Assembly (NCBI GenBank): GCA_052139675.1
Contig: JBKQWE010000035.1
Span: 6,906 to 70,905 of the forward strand
Reading direction: 5' to 3'
Source: Candidatus Brocadiia bacterium
Lineage (GTDB): Bacteria > Planctomycetota > Brocadiia > CAIUPP01
DNA length: 64,000 nt
The notes beneath the pieces are model-generated. The model was given only the letters and a program-made list of their open reading frames with translations. It searched no databases and was not told where the DNA came from. Below are positions 28,198 to 36,986 of the stretch, piece by piece. The position numbers were made by a program, and so were the translations under genes. Position 1 is the first letter of the stretch; every line of letters starts with the position of its first letter.

Positions 28198-29340
28198 TCA
28201 AGACTTTTTCGGCCCATTAAACCGGGGCGTGGGCACCATCTCCGCGCGCATCCCGGTCGCGACCGCGACGGGCACCGCGTCGCCGCCGGCTTGCTTCAGG
28301 GCGGAAATGATTTCCTTCTCCCGGCCGGGCGCGACCGAGATGAAACTGTTCGTCCCCAGCACGATCTTGCTGCCGAGCGAGCCGCCGCCTGTGGCGGCGG
28401 TGATCAATGCCTCGATCTCGGGAATGTTGTATCCCAGGTAATCCCGGAGCAACTCGTGCTGCTTGTCCATCATCTCGACCAACCGGTCGTCGTCAATCCC
28501 GTACTCGCTCTCCAGCAACTCGAAAGCCTGCCGGCTGAGATCGCGCATCGCCAGGTGCGCGTACACGATGCCGGCGTCCGCCTCGGGCAGTTCCCGGAGG
28601 CGCGGGATCACCTCCTCGTCGGAGGCGTCGCGCAGGTTGAACCCTTCCTGCAGTTTCACGAATGCGCTCAGCGCCGAGAGCGTGCCGCGGACCGCCTGGG
28701 CATGCCGGTCCATGCTGTTCCCGCCCGGCCCGGCGCAGCAACTCAGCATGCCCGGCAGCGCGCGCTCAATCAGCGCCACCTTGGCGGGCTTGGCCGCCGG
28801 GAGCGCAGGGTCGTCCGGCGCCAGGAACAACATCCCGCCGAGGATGCAGGCGTACGTCTCCGGAATCCACCACGCAGTGCGCGGCTCGTCCCGATAAGCC
28901 CGGCAGGCCGCCTGCGCCGTCTCATTGGCCGAGAGGTCGGCCAGTTTCTCATCCAGTGAGAGCAGCGCCACGGCCCACGCGGCGAGCAGCGCCGGGCTGT
29001 CCGGCAGCGCATCCGTCCAGGGCGCGCGGGAAATGACGTGAAAATCGAATCCGCCCTGGAGTTTTTCCTTCCGCGGCGGCGCCGCCCGAAATGCCTTCGA
29101 AAGCGCCGGCATCTCCGGGAAGGCTTCCGCCGCCTTGGCCGGCTCGAACGGCAACGGCTGGGGAATCCACGCCGCGCTCACCGTGAACCGGCCGTCGCCC
29201 CGAGGCGTCGTCGCGACGGCCGTGCGCAGGTCCAGCGCAAGCGTAATGGCCGGAAGGCCCAGGAAATACTGGAGGTCGCCGAACAGCCGGACCGGCCAGG
29301 GCACGGAGACGATGAGCGTCTTCCCCTTCTCGACGGTCAT
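28198..29340 (-). CDS. Conserved hypothetical protein with a weak GHMP-kinase-like glycine-rich C-terminal motif.
   Basis: The product is 380 aa. ...ITAATGGGSLGSKIVLG... resembles GHMP motif III. There is no clear motif II, so the family is uncertain. Confidence 0.5.
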   Translation of the reverse strand: MTVEKGKTLIVSVPWPVRLFGDLQYFLGLPAITLALDLRTAVATTPRGDGRFTVSAAWIPQPLPFEPAKAAEAFPEMPALSKAFRAAPPRKEKLQGGFDFHVISRAPWTDALPDSPALLAAWAVALLSLDEKLADLSANETAQAACRAYRDEPRTAWWIPETYACILGGMLFLAPDDPALPAAKPAKVALIERALPGMLSCCAGPGGNSMDRHAQAVRGTLSALSAFVKLQEGFNLRDASDEEVIPRLRELPEADAGIVYAHLAMRDLSRQAFELLESEYGIDDDRLVEMMDKQHELLRDYLGYNIPEIEALITAATGGGSLGSKIVLGTNSFISVAPGREKEIISALKQAGGDAVPVAVATGMRAEMVPTPRFNGPKKS

Positions 29341-29777
29341 CGAGGCTCCGCCTTGACCGGCCCCTCGAACGCCGTGTCGAAATCGAAACCGCCCGCGAAA
29401 TCCTCCCGCGCGTCGCTTTCGGTCTTCCCGAGCAGCCCATGTTCGACCAGGTTGAAGACGATCTCGCCGAAATCCTCCGTGCGCCGGACCCGCCAGCTCC
29501 GGAAAACGGTCGGCGCCAGCGGCCCGAACATTTGCGCGGCGTACTCGCGGATGCCGTTGAGGAGTTCCTGCCCGCTGACGTGCCGCTGCGCCGGCGTCAG
29601 ATCGGGGTCATCACGCCGGAGCGCCCGCACCGTGTAATCCAGCGCCTCGTGGACGAACAGATATGCCGCCAGCTCGTAGCGCGGATCGCGGGGAAGGATC
29701 AGCTGCCGGATCGCGGTCTCCCAGTCCAGCGCCTGCGGTTTCGCTGCAGGACTCTGCGGAGCTTTTTCTTCAGCCAT
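29337..29777 (-). CDS. Hypothetical protein of 146 aa.
   Basis: Compact, non-repetitive sequence that overlaps the downstream gene by 4 bp (operonic). No family was recognised. Confidence 0.5.
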   Translation of the reverse strand: MAEEKAPQSPAAKPQALDWETAIRQLILPRDPRYELAAYLFVHEALDYTVRALRRDDPDLTPAQRHVSGQELLNGIREYAAQMFGPLAPTVFRSWRVRRTEDFGEIVFNLVEHGLLGKTESDAREDFAGGFDFDTAFEGPVKAEPR

Positions 29778-29795
29778 CGGTTCGGCGTCCCAAGT

Positions 29796-31319
29796 TTACG
29801 TTTCTTTCTTCGGGAACAGCGGCTGCCCGCGGCGGATCTTCGCGCCCGGCTTCAGGCCGCCCCAGGCCAGCGCCTCGGCCAGCGTGCGGCTCTCCTCGGC
29901 GAGGCCCAACTGCTGCCGGATGGCCAGCGCCGAGGCGGGCATCGTCGGCTCGATCAGCAGCCCCAGGATGCGCGAGGCTTCCGCCAGGTGATAGAGCGTC
30001 GCGGCGAGCGCGGCTCGCTGGGCGGGGTCCTTCGCCTGCGACCAGGGCTTGCGCTCCTCGACGTACTGGTTCGCGCGGCGGACGAACTCCCAGATGCGCT
30101 CCAGCGCGCGGCTGAACTGAAGCTCGGCCATGCACGCGTCCATGTCCTGGAACAGCGAGGCGGCGGCCTCGGCCAGCGCGCCGCGCGGCTCGGCGCCGGG
30201 GTCCGGCACGACGCCCTCGAAGTAGCGGTCCATCATCGAAAGCGTCCGGAAGACGAAATTGCCCAGGTCGCCGGCCAGCTCGGCATTGTAGCGCTGGAGC
30301 ATGGCGGAATCGCGGAAATCGCCGTCCAAGCCGAACGGCAGCTCGCGGAGCAGGAAGTACCGCAGCGCGTCGGCGCCGTAAGCGTCAACGACCTCGCCGG
30401 GCGTGACAAAATTGTTCTTGCTCTTGCTCATCTTCTCGCCGTTGTGCGTCCACCAGCCGTGCGCGAAGACGCCCTTGGGCGGCTCCAGCCCGAGCGCCAT
30501 GAGCATCGCCGGCCAGATCGCGGCGTGGAACCAGAGGATGTCTTTGCCGATCAGTTGCACGTCGGCGGGCCAGCGGCGGCGGAACGTTTCCTCGTCGGTC
30601 GAGTAGCCGATGGCGGAGACGTAGTTGATGAGCGCGTCAATCCAGACGTAGGCGCGGTGCGCCGGATCGAACGGCAGCGGCACGGCCCAGTCGAGCGTCG
30701 TCCGCGTGGCGCTCAGGTCGCGCAGCCCCGCGGCCACGCGCGTGCGCAGCTCATTCATGCGGCCGACCGGGCGCACGAAGTCCGACCGCTCCTCGTAGAG
30801 CTTGAGCAGCCGCTCCTGGTAACGGCTCAGCCGGAAGAAATAGGTGGCTTCGGCGTTCCATTCCGTCGGCCGCCCGCAGTCCGGGCACTTCGGCTGCTGC
30901 TCGTCGGACTCCTTCAGGAACGACTCGCACGAGACGCAATACCAGCCCTTGTATTCGCCCGGATACAGGTCGCCGGAATCGCGCCAGCGCTGAAAAATGA
31001 GCTGCACCACCTGCTCGTGCCGGGGCTCGGTCGTCCGGATGAAGTCGTCGTTGGAAATCTCCAGCCGCTTCCAGGCGTCGTGATACGCCGCGACGACGCG
31101 GTCGGCCAGTTCGCGCGGCGGCAGCCCCTCGGCCTGCGCGGCGCGCTGCACCTTCTGGCCATGCTCGTCCGTGCCCGTCAGAAAACACACGTCGTAACCG
31201 CACTGCCGCTTGTAGCGCGCGAGCGCGTCCGCGGCGATGGTCGTGTAGGAGTTGCCGATGTGCGGCGAGTCGGTGACGTAGTAGATCGGCGTGGTGACGT
31301 AGAACCCGGGCTTACTCAT
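29796..31319 (-). CDS. metG: Methionine--tRNA ligase, short form without the C-terminal tRNA-binding extension.
   Basis: PIYYVTDSPHIGN is the HIGH motif, KMSKS is present, and a Zn knuckle CVSCE...CPDCG is found. The start is ATG at 31317-31319. Confidence 0.9.
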   Translation of the reverse strand: MSKPGFYVTTPIYYVTDSPHIGNSYTTIAADALARYKRQCGYDVCFLTGTDEHGQKVQRAAQAEGLPPRELADRVVAAYHDAWKRLEISNDDFIRTTEPRHEQVVQLIFQRWRDSGDLYPGEYKGWYCVSCESFLKESDEQQPKCPDCGRPTEWNAEATYFFRLSRYQERLLKLYEERSDFVRPVGRMNELRTRVAAGLRDLSATRTTLDWAVPLPFDPAHRAYVWIDALINYVSAIGYSTDEETFRRRWPADVQLIGKDILWFHAAIWPAMLMALGLEPPKGVFAHGWWTHNGEKMSKSKNNFVTPGEVVDAYGADALRYFLLRELPFGLDGDFRDSAMLQRYNAELAGDLGNFVFRTLSMMDRYFEGVVPDPGAEPRGALAEAAASLFQDMDACMAELQFSRALERIWEFVRRANQYVEERKPWSQAKDPAQRAALAATLYHLAEASRILGLLIEPTMPASALAIRQQLGLAEESRTLAEALAWGGLKPGAKIRRGQPLFPKKET

Positions 31320-32181
31320 CCGGCAGCCGCTCCTCGAACTCATCGGCCTGGGCTTTCGCGGCGGCTTCGCGCGGGCAGACGGTCTTGATCTGCGCCAGCG
31401 GCACGGTCACCTGCCGCTTGTCGGCGGCCAGCGCGACGGTGACGAGTTTCTTCTCGGCGTCCTGCGCGACCACCTCGCCTTCGCCTTCCGGCGTCGCCAC
31501 GAGCACGCCCACGCCGGGCAGCCCGCTCTTCATGTCCTCGTAAACGCTGTCCTCGAAGCGCAGGCAGCACATCAGCCGCCCGCAGCGGCCGGAGATCTTC
31601 GCCGGGTCGAGCGTGGCCTTCTGGTTCTTGGCCATCTTCATCGTCACCGGCTCGAGGTTCTTGATGAACGTTTTGCAGCAGAGCTCGCGCCCGCAGTGCT
31701 CGTAATCGGCCAGCAGGCGCGCCTCGTCGCGCACGCCGATCTGGCGCATCTCGATGCGGGTGTGATATTCCTGCGCCAGGTCCTTCACCAGCTCGCGGAA
31801 ATCCACGCGCCCCTCGGCCAGGAAGTAGAAGATGATCTTCGATCCGCCGAGCAGGTGCTCGACGCTGGCGAGCTTCATCGGCAGGTTGCGCTCCTGGATC
31901 TTCTTCTTGCAGAAGTCGAATTCCTTCGGCTGGTCCACGTCGCGCAGCGTCGCCAGCTTCTTCTGGTCGTCGGCGTTCAGCTTGCGGATGACCTCGCCGA
32001 CGACGCCGCTCTGCGCGTCCTCGGCGGCATAGGGCTCGACCGGATTGAGGATATCGCCGAACTCGACGCCGCGTTCGGTGCGGATCACGCAGCGGTCGCC
32101 CATGCGCAGCCCGCTGAAATCGGCGCGGAACGCGCCCACGTGGCTCATCGCGCCGAACCGTATTGTTGCCCGGTACTTCAT
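31312..32181 (-). CDS. PSP1-domain protein (RicT/YaaT-like).
   Basis: The PSP1 C-terminal domain shows Cys clusters ...HCGRELCCKTF... and GRCGRLMCCLRFE. The start MKYRATIRF sits behind GGAGG. The upstream 37 codons of the ORF lie inside a hairpin repeat. Confidence 0.8.
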   Translation of the reverse strand: MKYRATIRFGAMSHVGAFRADFSGLRMGDRCVIRTERGVEFGDILNPVEPYAAEDAQSGVVGEVIRKLNADDQKKLATLRDVDQPKEFDFCKKKIQERNLPMKLASVEHLLGGSKIIFYFLAEGRVDFRELVKDLAQEYHTRIEMRQIGVRDEARLLADYEHCGRELCCKTFIKNLEPVTMKMAKNQKATLDPAKISGRCGRLMCCLRFEDSVYEDMKSGLPGVGVLVATPEGEGEVVAQDAEKKLVTVALAADKRQVTVPLAQIKTVCPREAAAKAQADEFEERLPDE

Positions 32182-32195
32182 CGAGAAAACCTCCG

Positions 32196-32302
32196 CCGAA
32201 TGGACGGCGTACGGCAGACGATGGACGTTAGACGATGGACGATGGACCCTGGATGACGGACCACGATCTGTCGTCCATCGTCCCCGGTCCATCGTCCATT
32301 GG
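32196..32302. repeat. GACGATGGAC-family hairpin repeat.
   Basis: GGCAGACGATGGACGTTAGACGATGGACGATGGACCC ... GTCGTCCATCGTCCCCGGTCCATCGTCCATTGG, immediately upstream of the PSP1 gene start. Confidence 0.65.
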
Positions 32303-32390
32303 GAAAAGGCCGGATTCCCTAAGCTCGATGATATCAGCGGCGCGGGAGACTGTCAACAAACGGAGGGATGAAGGCGGCTGGCCCGCGCTT

Positions 32391-33218
32391 CTACTTGACC
32401 TCCTGAACCGCCCTGGCGTTCACGCCGTCCCAGAGGTAAGCGTCCGTGTCGGGGTCCCATTGGACGCCGCCGGTGGAGTTCGGGCAGAAAATGTTGTCGT
32501 TCGGATCCGCGCTTGAATAGACCGTAGCCTGCCACTTCACATGGCCGTCGAAATACATCACGTTCTGGCCGTCCGAGTGGTTCGGTTTTCGAGGCTTCCG
32601 AGTCCAGCCTTCGGATGGGTAAGGCGGCGTCTTGCCTGTTGCGTCGAGCCATGTCTGCCCGTCCGCGTCGCAGGCGATGGCTTGGTCCGGCCTTATTTCT
32701 CGCCAGTACGTGAGTTCGTCGTAGAAGTAGCTGCACTTGAAACTACCCGACACCTCCGCGCCCGTGAACGCGGCAGGGTCACGGTTATCCATGATCCGGC
32801 CGCTCTGGTTCGGGTCCGGCTCAAACCCGAAGCACGTGTGCTCGGCTCCATTGTAGAACCGGCGAGCGATCTGCGGTTTGTCCTCGGTCGCCGGGCAAGA
32901 GAAGACCCTTATTTTGTCTATGTAAGCGGGATACAAGGCTGCCAGCGAGGGCATCGGTTGAAACGTGTTGTCGCTTCCCTGCCCGGTCTTGGGGATGTTC
33001 GGGTTGCTCTGGCCTTCGATGCAGCCTTGCATGAACGCTGGAAAATAGTCACCGTTCGTTTCCTGGTAGGTAACGCAGGCAATGACGATCCGACTGAGGT
33101 TCGAATCGCACGAAATTCCCCGCGATTCCTGTCCATTTTTCAGCCACCACAGCAGCAGAAGGAGGGAAAACAGAACAACTGCGCCGATCGCAACCAGGAG
33201 TTCCCACACGTTTCGCAT
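32391..33218 (-). CDS. DUF1559 / H-X9-DG domain protein with a prepilin-like N-terminal hydrophobic segment.
   Basis: The N-terminus is MRNVWELLVAIGAVVLF (prepilin-like ELLV.I), and the C-terminus HSDGQNVMYFDGHV is the H-X9-DG motif. This family is expanded in Planctomycetes and Verrucomicrobia. GC is about 58 %. Confidence 0.7.
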   Translation of the reverse strand: MRNVWELLVAIGAVVLFSLLLLLWWLKNGQESRGISCDSNLSRIVIACVTYQETNGDYFPAFMQGCIEGQSNPNIPKTGQGSDNTFQPMPSLAALYPAYIDKIRVFSCPATEDKPQIARRFYNGAEHTCFGFEPDPNQSGRIMDNRDPAAFTGAEVSGSFKCSYFYDELTYWREIRPDQAIACDADGQTWLDATGKTPPYPSEGWTRKPRKPNHSDGQNVMYFDGHVKWQATVYSSADPNDNIFCPNSTGGVQWDPDTDAYLWDGVNARAVQEVK

Positions 33219-33276
33219 GGCACGCGCCTCTTTCTCATGCCACCCGCGAAATCAGCGCACCGCCGAGCGGCGAACC

Positions 33277-33320
33277 GGTCGGTCCATCGTCGGTCATCCA
33301 ACGTCCATCGTCGTCGTCAC
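33277..33320. repeat. Partial, single-orientation copy of the GACGATGGAC family.
   Basis: GGTCGGTCCATCGTCGGTCATCCAACGTCCATCGTCGTCGTCAC carries GTCCATCGTC twice, with no forward partner. Confidence 0.4.
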
Positions 33321-33321
33321 C

Positions 33322-33525
33322 CTACTCATCCACCTCAATCGCCGCATCTGGGCACATCGCGGCGCAGAAGGTGCAGCCGGTGCAGGCGATCTCCTCGTGG
33401 ACTTCGGCGATGCGGACTCCGCGGCGGTTGACGGCGTCGGACATGTAGAGGATTCTCTTCGGGCAGACCGGCACGCACAGGCCGCAGCCTTTGCAGTATT
33501 TCTGGTGGACGCGGACTTTAGGCAT
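33322..33525 (-). CDS. 2x[4Fe-4S] ferredoxin.
   Basis: The product is 67 aa with two CxxCxxCxxxCP motifs (CKGCGLCVPVCP and CTGCTFCAAMCP). Confidence 0.8.
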   Translation of the reverse strand: MPKVRVHQKYCKGCGLCVPVCPKRILYMSDAVNRRGVRIAEVHEEIACTGCTFCAAMCPDAAIEVDE

Positions 33526-34417
33526 GGTGGATCGAGCCTTCCCAAGAGAGCTTGGCCCGGAGCGTCTGGTAAAAACTCCGGTTGGAGACTTTCAGCAGCC
33601 GCACCGGCCACGGGTTGCGGCGGATCCGGACGCGGTCGCCGTTCTGGAGCGGCACGAGCACCTGGCCGTCGGCGGTCATGGCGAACGAGACGCCGCTCGA
33701 CCAGGTCTCGACCTCGATCCGCGCGCCGGCATCCACCACCAGCGGCCGGTTGCTCAGCGAGTGCGGACAGATGGCGGAGATGACCATCGCCGAGACGTCC
33801 GGCGGGATGATCGGGCCGCCGGAGGCGAGCGAGTGCGCCGTCGAACCGGTCGGCGTCGAGACGATCAGCCCGTCGGCCACCAGCGTGGTGACCTGCTCGC
33901 CATTGATGAAGAGCCGCATCTCGATGATGCGCGAGAACGCCTCGCGCGAGATGACCACGTCGTTCAGCGCAACGCACTGCCGAATTCTCCGGAAGCCGCG
34001 CCGCGCGACTTTGCTCGGGGCGCCCTGGGCGCGGCCGAACGGGCGCTCATTCGGACGCAGGACTTCCGCCTGGATCATCATGTGCTCGACCGGCTCGGGG
34101 ATCTTTTTCATCAGCGCGTCGAGCGTGGCGCCGAGTTCGTCCGGGTTGATCTCCGCCAGGAACCCCAGCTTGCCCATGTTCACACCGAGCAGCGGGATGC
34201 CCGCGCGCGCGAGGCGCCGCGCCGCGGCGAGGATCGCCCCGTCGCCGCCGAGCACCAGCGCGAAGTCGGCCCGAACGCGCTCGTGCTCGACCCGCTCGAA
34301 CAGGTCGCGCCGGCTGATCCGCGCGCGGCCGCGCAATTGCGCCTCCGCCGACGCCATCGCCTCGCGCGCCCTCGGCTTGTTCAAGTCCGCCATAATCAAT
34401 ACTTTAGGCAGTTTCAC
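33518..34417 (-). CDS. nadK: NAD(+) kinase.
   Basis: GGDG (VLGGDGAIL), NxGxLGFL (NMGKLGFLAE) and ...DGLIVSTPTGSTAHSLASGGPI are all present. The start is GTG at 34417 or ATG at 34393. It overlaps the ferredoxin gene by 8 bp. Confidence 0.85.
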   Translation of the reverse strand: MKLPKVLIMADLNKPRAREAMASAEAQLRGRARISRRDLFERVEHERVRADFALVLGGDGAILAAARRLARAGIPLLGVNMGKLGFLAEINPDELGATLDALMKKIPEPVEHMMIQAEVLRPNERPFGRAQGAPSKVARRGFRRIRQCVALNDVVISREAFSRIIEMRLFINGEQVTTLVADGLIVSTPTGSTAHSLASGGPIIPPDVSAMVISAICPHSLSNRPLVVDAGARIEVETWSSGVSFAMTADGQVLVPLQNGDRVRIRRNPWPVRLLKVSNRSFYQTLRAKLSWEGSIHHA

Positions 34418-34454
34418 CGGCTCGTCATCCCGTAAAACCGGGCGCGCCGCGCCG

Positions 34455-34712
34455 TCACTCTTCCTTCGGCGGCTCGCTCTCCTCTTCCGGCTCGAACGGC
34501 GCCGTCTTCAGCTCGCCGTCGTCGCTCTTGAGGAGGACCTCGACGCGCTTTTCCGCATCGCGGAGAATCTCGTAACACCTCTTCAGCGCCTTGACGCCTT
34601 CCTCATATCTAGCAAGCGAGTCGTCAAGGGTCAAGTCACCGGCTTCGAGTTCTTCGACGATCTTCTCGAGGCGCGCAAGGTGCTCCTCGAATTTCGGCTT
34701 GCCTTTCGCCAT
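34455..34712 (-). CDS. xseB: Exodeoxyribonuclease VII small subunit.
   Basis: FEEHLARLEKIVEELEAGDLTLDDSLARYEEGVKALKRCYEIL is a typical XseB helix pair in an 85-aa protein. The RBS is GGAGGTG. Confidence 0.8.
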   Translation of the reverse strand: MAKGKPKFEEHLARLEKIVEELEAGDLTLDDSLARYEEGVKALKRCYEILRDAEKRVEVLLKSDDGELKTAPFEPEEESEPPKEE

Positions 34713-34735
34713 CTCACCACCTCCGATTTCTCACG

Positions 34736-34945
34736 CAAAGCCACGGCAACGTACGACGACAGATTTTTTGCCACGGATTTCACGGATGGCCACGGATTAC
34801 CGGCGACGAACTGCAAAATACTTGAACTGCTCCTATTTTTGTTTTCCGGTAATCCGTGGAAATCTGTGTAATCCGTGGCAAAGTCTTGTCGTTGCCTTTA
34901 ATCCGTGGCAAAAACTCGCCGTTGCCTTAAATCCGTGGCGAACGT
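34736..34945. repeat. MITE-like palindromic element, copy A, built from CCACGGATT / AATCCGTGG units.
   Basis: Left arm TTTTTTGCCACGGATTTCACGGATGGCCACGGATTACCGG (34764-34803), AT-rich centre, right arm CCGGTAATCCGTGGAAATCTGTGTAATCCGTGGCAAAG (34847-34884), plus extra partial units TAATCCGTGGCAAA. A second copy of the same architecture lies at 46005-46187. Confidence 0.7.
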
Positions 34946-36192
34946 TATTCCACCCGTGAACGAAATTCGCCGCGATGGAGCCGGGTGCGGACGAGGTCGC
35001 CGGGGCGCAGGTCGGCCGCGTCGCGGACGGCCGCGCCCTGCGGCTCGCGGAGCGTGATGCTGTAACCGCGCCGCAGCACGGCGTACGGGCTGAGCGACTC
35101 GAGCCGCCCCGAGAGCGCGCTCAACCGCACGCCCTGGACCTCCACCGCGCGCCGCGCGTCGCGGACCAGCCGCTGGCAGAGTTCGTCCACCTGCTGCTCG
35201 CGCGCGCGGATGCGCTCGTCGAACCGCCGCGGCTCGCACCGTTGCGCCAGCCCGGCCAGCCGCTCCCGCGCCGAGGCCGCGCTCGCGGTCAGCGCCCGGC
35301 CCAGCCGCCGGCGCAGCGAATCGAGGTCCTCCGCCAGTTGCCGGGCGTCCGGCACCGCCTGGTTGGCGGCATCCGTCGGCGTCAGCGCCCGGAGGTCGGC
35401 GACGAAATCCGAAATCGTGAAATCGGTCTCGTGCCCGACCGCGGAGATGACGGGGATGCGCGAGCGCACGATGGCGCGCGCCACGACCTCCTCGTTGAAC
35501 GGCCACAGGTCCTCCAGGCTCCCGCCGCCGCGGCCGACGATCATCACCTCGACTTCCGGGAGGCGGTTGACCAGCGCGATTCCCTCGGCGATCTCGCCGG
35601 CCGCCTCGTCGCCCTGAACGCGCACCGGGCAGATGATGACGCGCGTGGACGGGCAGCGGCGGCGGATGACGCGCAGCATGTCGCGGATCGCCGCGCCGGT
35701 TGGCGACGTGACCAGCGCCACGGCGCGCGGGAACATCGGGATCGGCCGCTTCCGCACCGGGTCGAACAGGCCCTCTTTCTCCAGCCGTTCCTTCATCTGC
35801 AGGAAGGCCAGTTGCAGCGCGCCCACGCCCAGCGGCTCGATCCGCCGCACGGAAATCTGGTACTGGCCGCGCGGCTCGTACACGGTCACTTCGCCCTGCG
35901 CCAGCACGGAGAGGCCCTCGGCCATCTTGAACTTCAGCGTCTCCGCCAGCGTGCGCCACATCACGGCGGCGATCTGCGCCGATTCGTCCTTGAGCGTGAA
36001 ATAGCAATGCCCGGAAGCGGGCACGCGCAGGTTGCCGACCTCGCCGGTGAGCCAGACGAGGCCGACGTGCCGTTCGAGCGTCTCGCGGATCTGGCGCGTC
36101 AACTGCGAGACCGTGTAGATCGGCGAGCCATCGGCCGCCGACCGCGGCGCGGCGGGCGCCGGAGCGCCGGAAGCCGGGAAGAGCGGGGTCAT
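34945..36192 (-). CDS. xseA: Exodeoxyribonuclease VII large subunit.
   Basis: The N-terminal OB fold reads YTVSQLTRQIRETLE...VWLTGEVGNL, and the catalytic core reads ...VGRGGGSLEDLWPFNEE...ISAVGHETD. Confidence 0.85.
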   Translation of the reverse strand: MTPLFPASGAPAPAAPRSAADGSPIYTVSQLTRQIRETLERHVGLVWLTGEVGNLRVPASGHCYFTLKDESAQIAAVMWRTLAETLKFKMAEGLSVLAQGEVTVYEPRGQYQISVRRIEPLGVGALQLAFLQMKERLEKEGLFDPVRKRPIPMFPRAVALVTSPTGAAIRDMLRVIRRRCPSTRVIICPVRVQGDEAAGEIAEGIALVNRLPEVEVMIVGRGGGSLEDLWPFNEEVVARAIVRSRIPVISAVGHETDFTISDFVADLRALTPTDAANQAVPDARQLAEDLDSLRRRLGRALTASAASARERLAGLAQRCEPRRFDERIRAREQQVDELCQRLVRDARRAVEVQGVRLSALSGRLESLSPYAVLRRGYSITLREPQGAAVRDAADLRPGDLVRTRLHRGEFRSRVE

Positions 36193-36986
36193 GGCTCCTG
36201 GTCCTCGCGCAGTTGCAGCCGCTCGATCGCTTCGGCGCGGCCGGTGGCCGGGTCGAAGGCGACCAGCGCGCCGGAGATGCGGACATCGCCCTTGGCGACG
36301 TCGAACGGGAACGGCATCTGCGTCAGCGCCGCCTTCAGGACTCGGTCGGTCCGCCGGCCGAGGACCGAGTCGTACGGCCCGGTCATTCCCAGGTCGCAGA
36401 TGAACGCCGTGCCCTTGGGCAGCACGCGCTCGTCGGCGGTCTGCACGTGCGTGTGCGTGCCGAAGACGCAGGTCACGCGGCCATCGAGGTGGCAGCCGAG
36501 GGTGATCTTCTCGGCGGTGGCCTCGGCGTGGAAATCCACGAAGATGTTCTGCGTGTGCGGGCCAAGCTGCCGGATCGCCTCGTCGGCGGCGCGGAACGGG
36601 TCATCCGCCGGCTTCATGAACACCCGGCCGAGAAGGTCCAGCACGGCGAACTGGACGCCGCCGGGCAGCGTGTAAAGTCCGAAGCCCGCGCCGGAGGCGA
36701 GCGGCGAGAGGTTCAGCGGCCGCAGCAGCCGCGGCTCGCGCTCGATGAACGGCACGATCTCCTTGCGCTTCCAGACGTGGTCGCCCATGGTCATCACGTC
36801 GACTCCGGCGGCGAGAATCTCGCGGGCGTTGGAGATCGTCAGGCCGGAGCCGCCGGAGGCGTTTTCGACGTTGGCGATACAGAAGTCCACCTGGCGCTTC
36901 TGGCGGAGCGCGGCGAGTTTTCGCGTGAGGATGTCGCGGCCGGGTCCGCCGACCACGTCGCCCAGAAGCAGCGCGCGCATCGTCAT
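36189..36986 (-). CDS. YmdB-like metallophosphoesterase of the TIGR00282 family.
   Basis: Contains MRALLLGDVVG, ...GDH..., ...DFHAEATAEK and ...GTHTHVQTADE... in a 265-aa protein. Confidence 0.8.
   Translation of the reverse strand: MTMRALLLGDVVGGPGRDILTRKLAALRQKRQVDFCIANVENASGGSGLTISNAREILAAGVDVMTMGDHVWKRKEIVPFIEREPRLLRPLNLSPLASGAGFGLYTLPGGVQFAVLDLLGRVFMKPADDPFRAADEAIRQLGPHTQNIFVDFHAEATAEKITLGCHLDGRVTCVFGTHTHVQTADERVLPKGTAFICDLGMTGPYDSVLGRRTDRVLKAALTQMPFPFDVAKGDVRISGALVAFDPATGRAEAIERLQLREDQEP

Noticed and set aside
34736-34945. CRISPR array interpretation of the CCACGGATT and GACGATGGAC repeats.
   Set aside because: The units are 9-10 bp, irregularly spaced, occur in both orientations as palindromes, and have no unique spacers or cas genes. 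They are not CRISPR.
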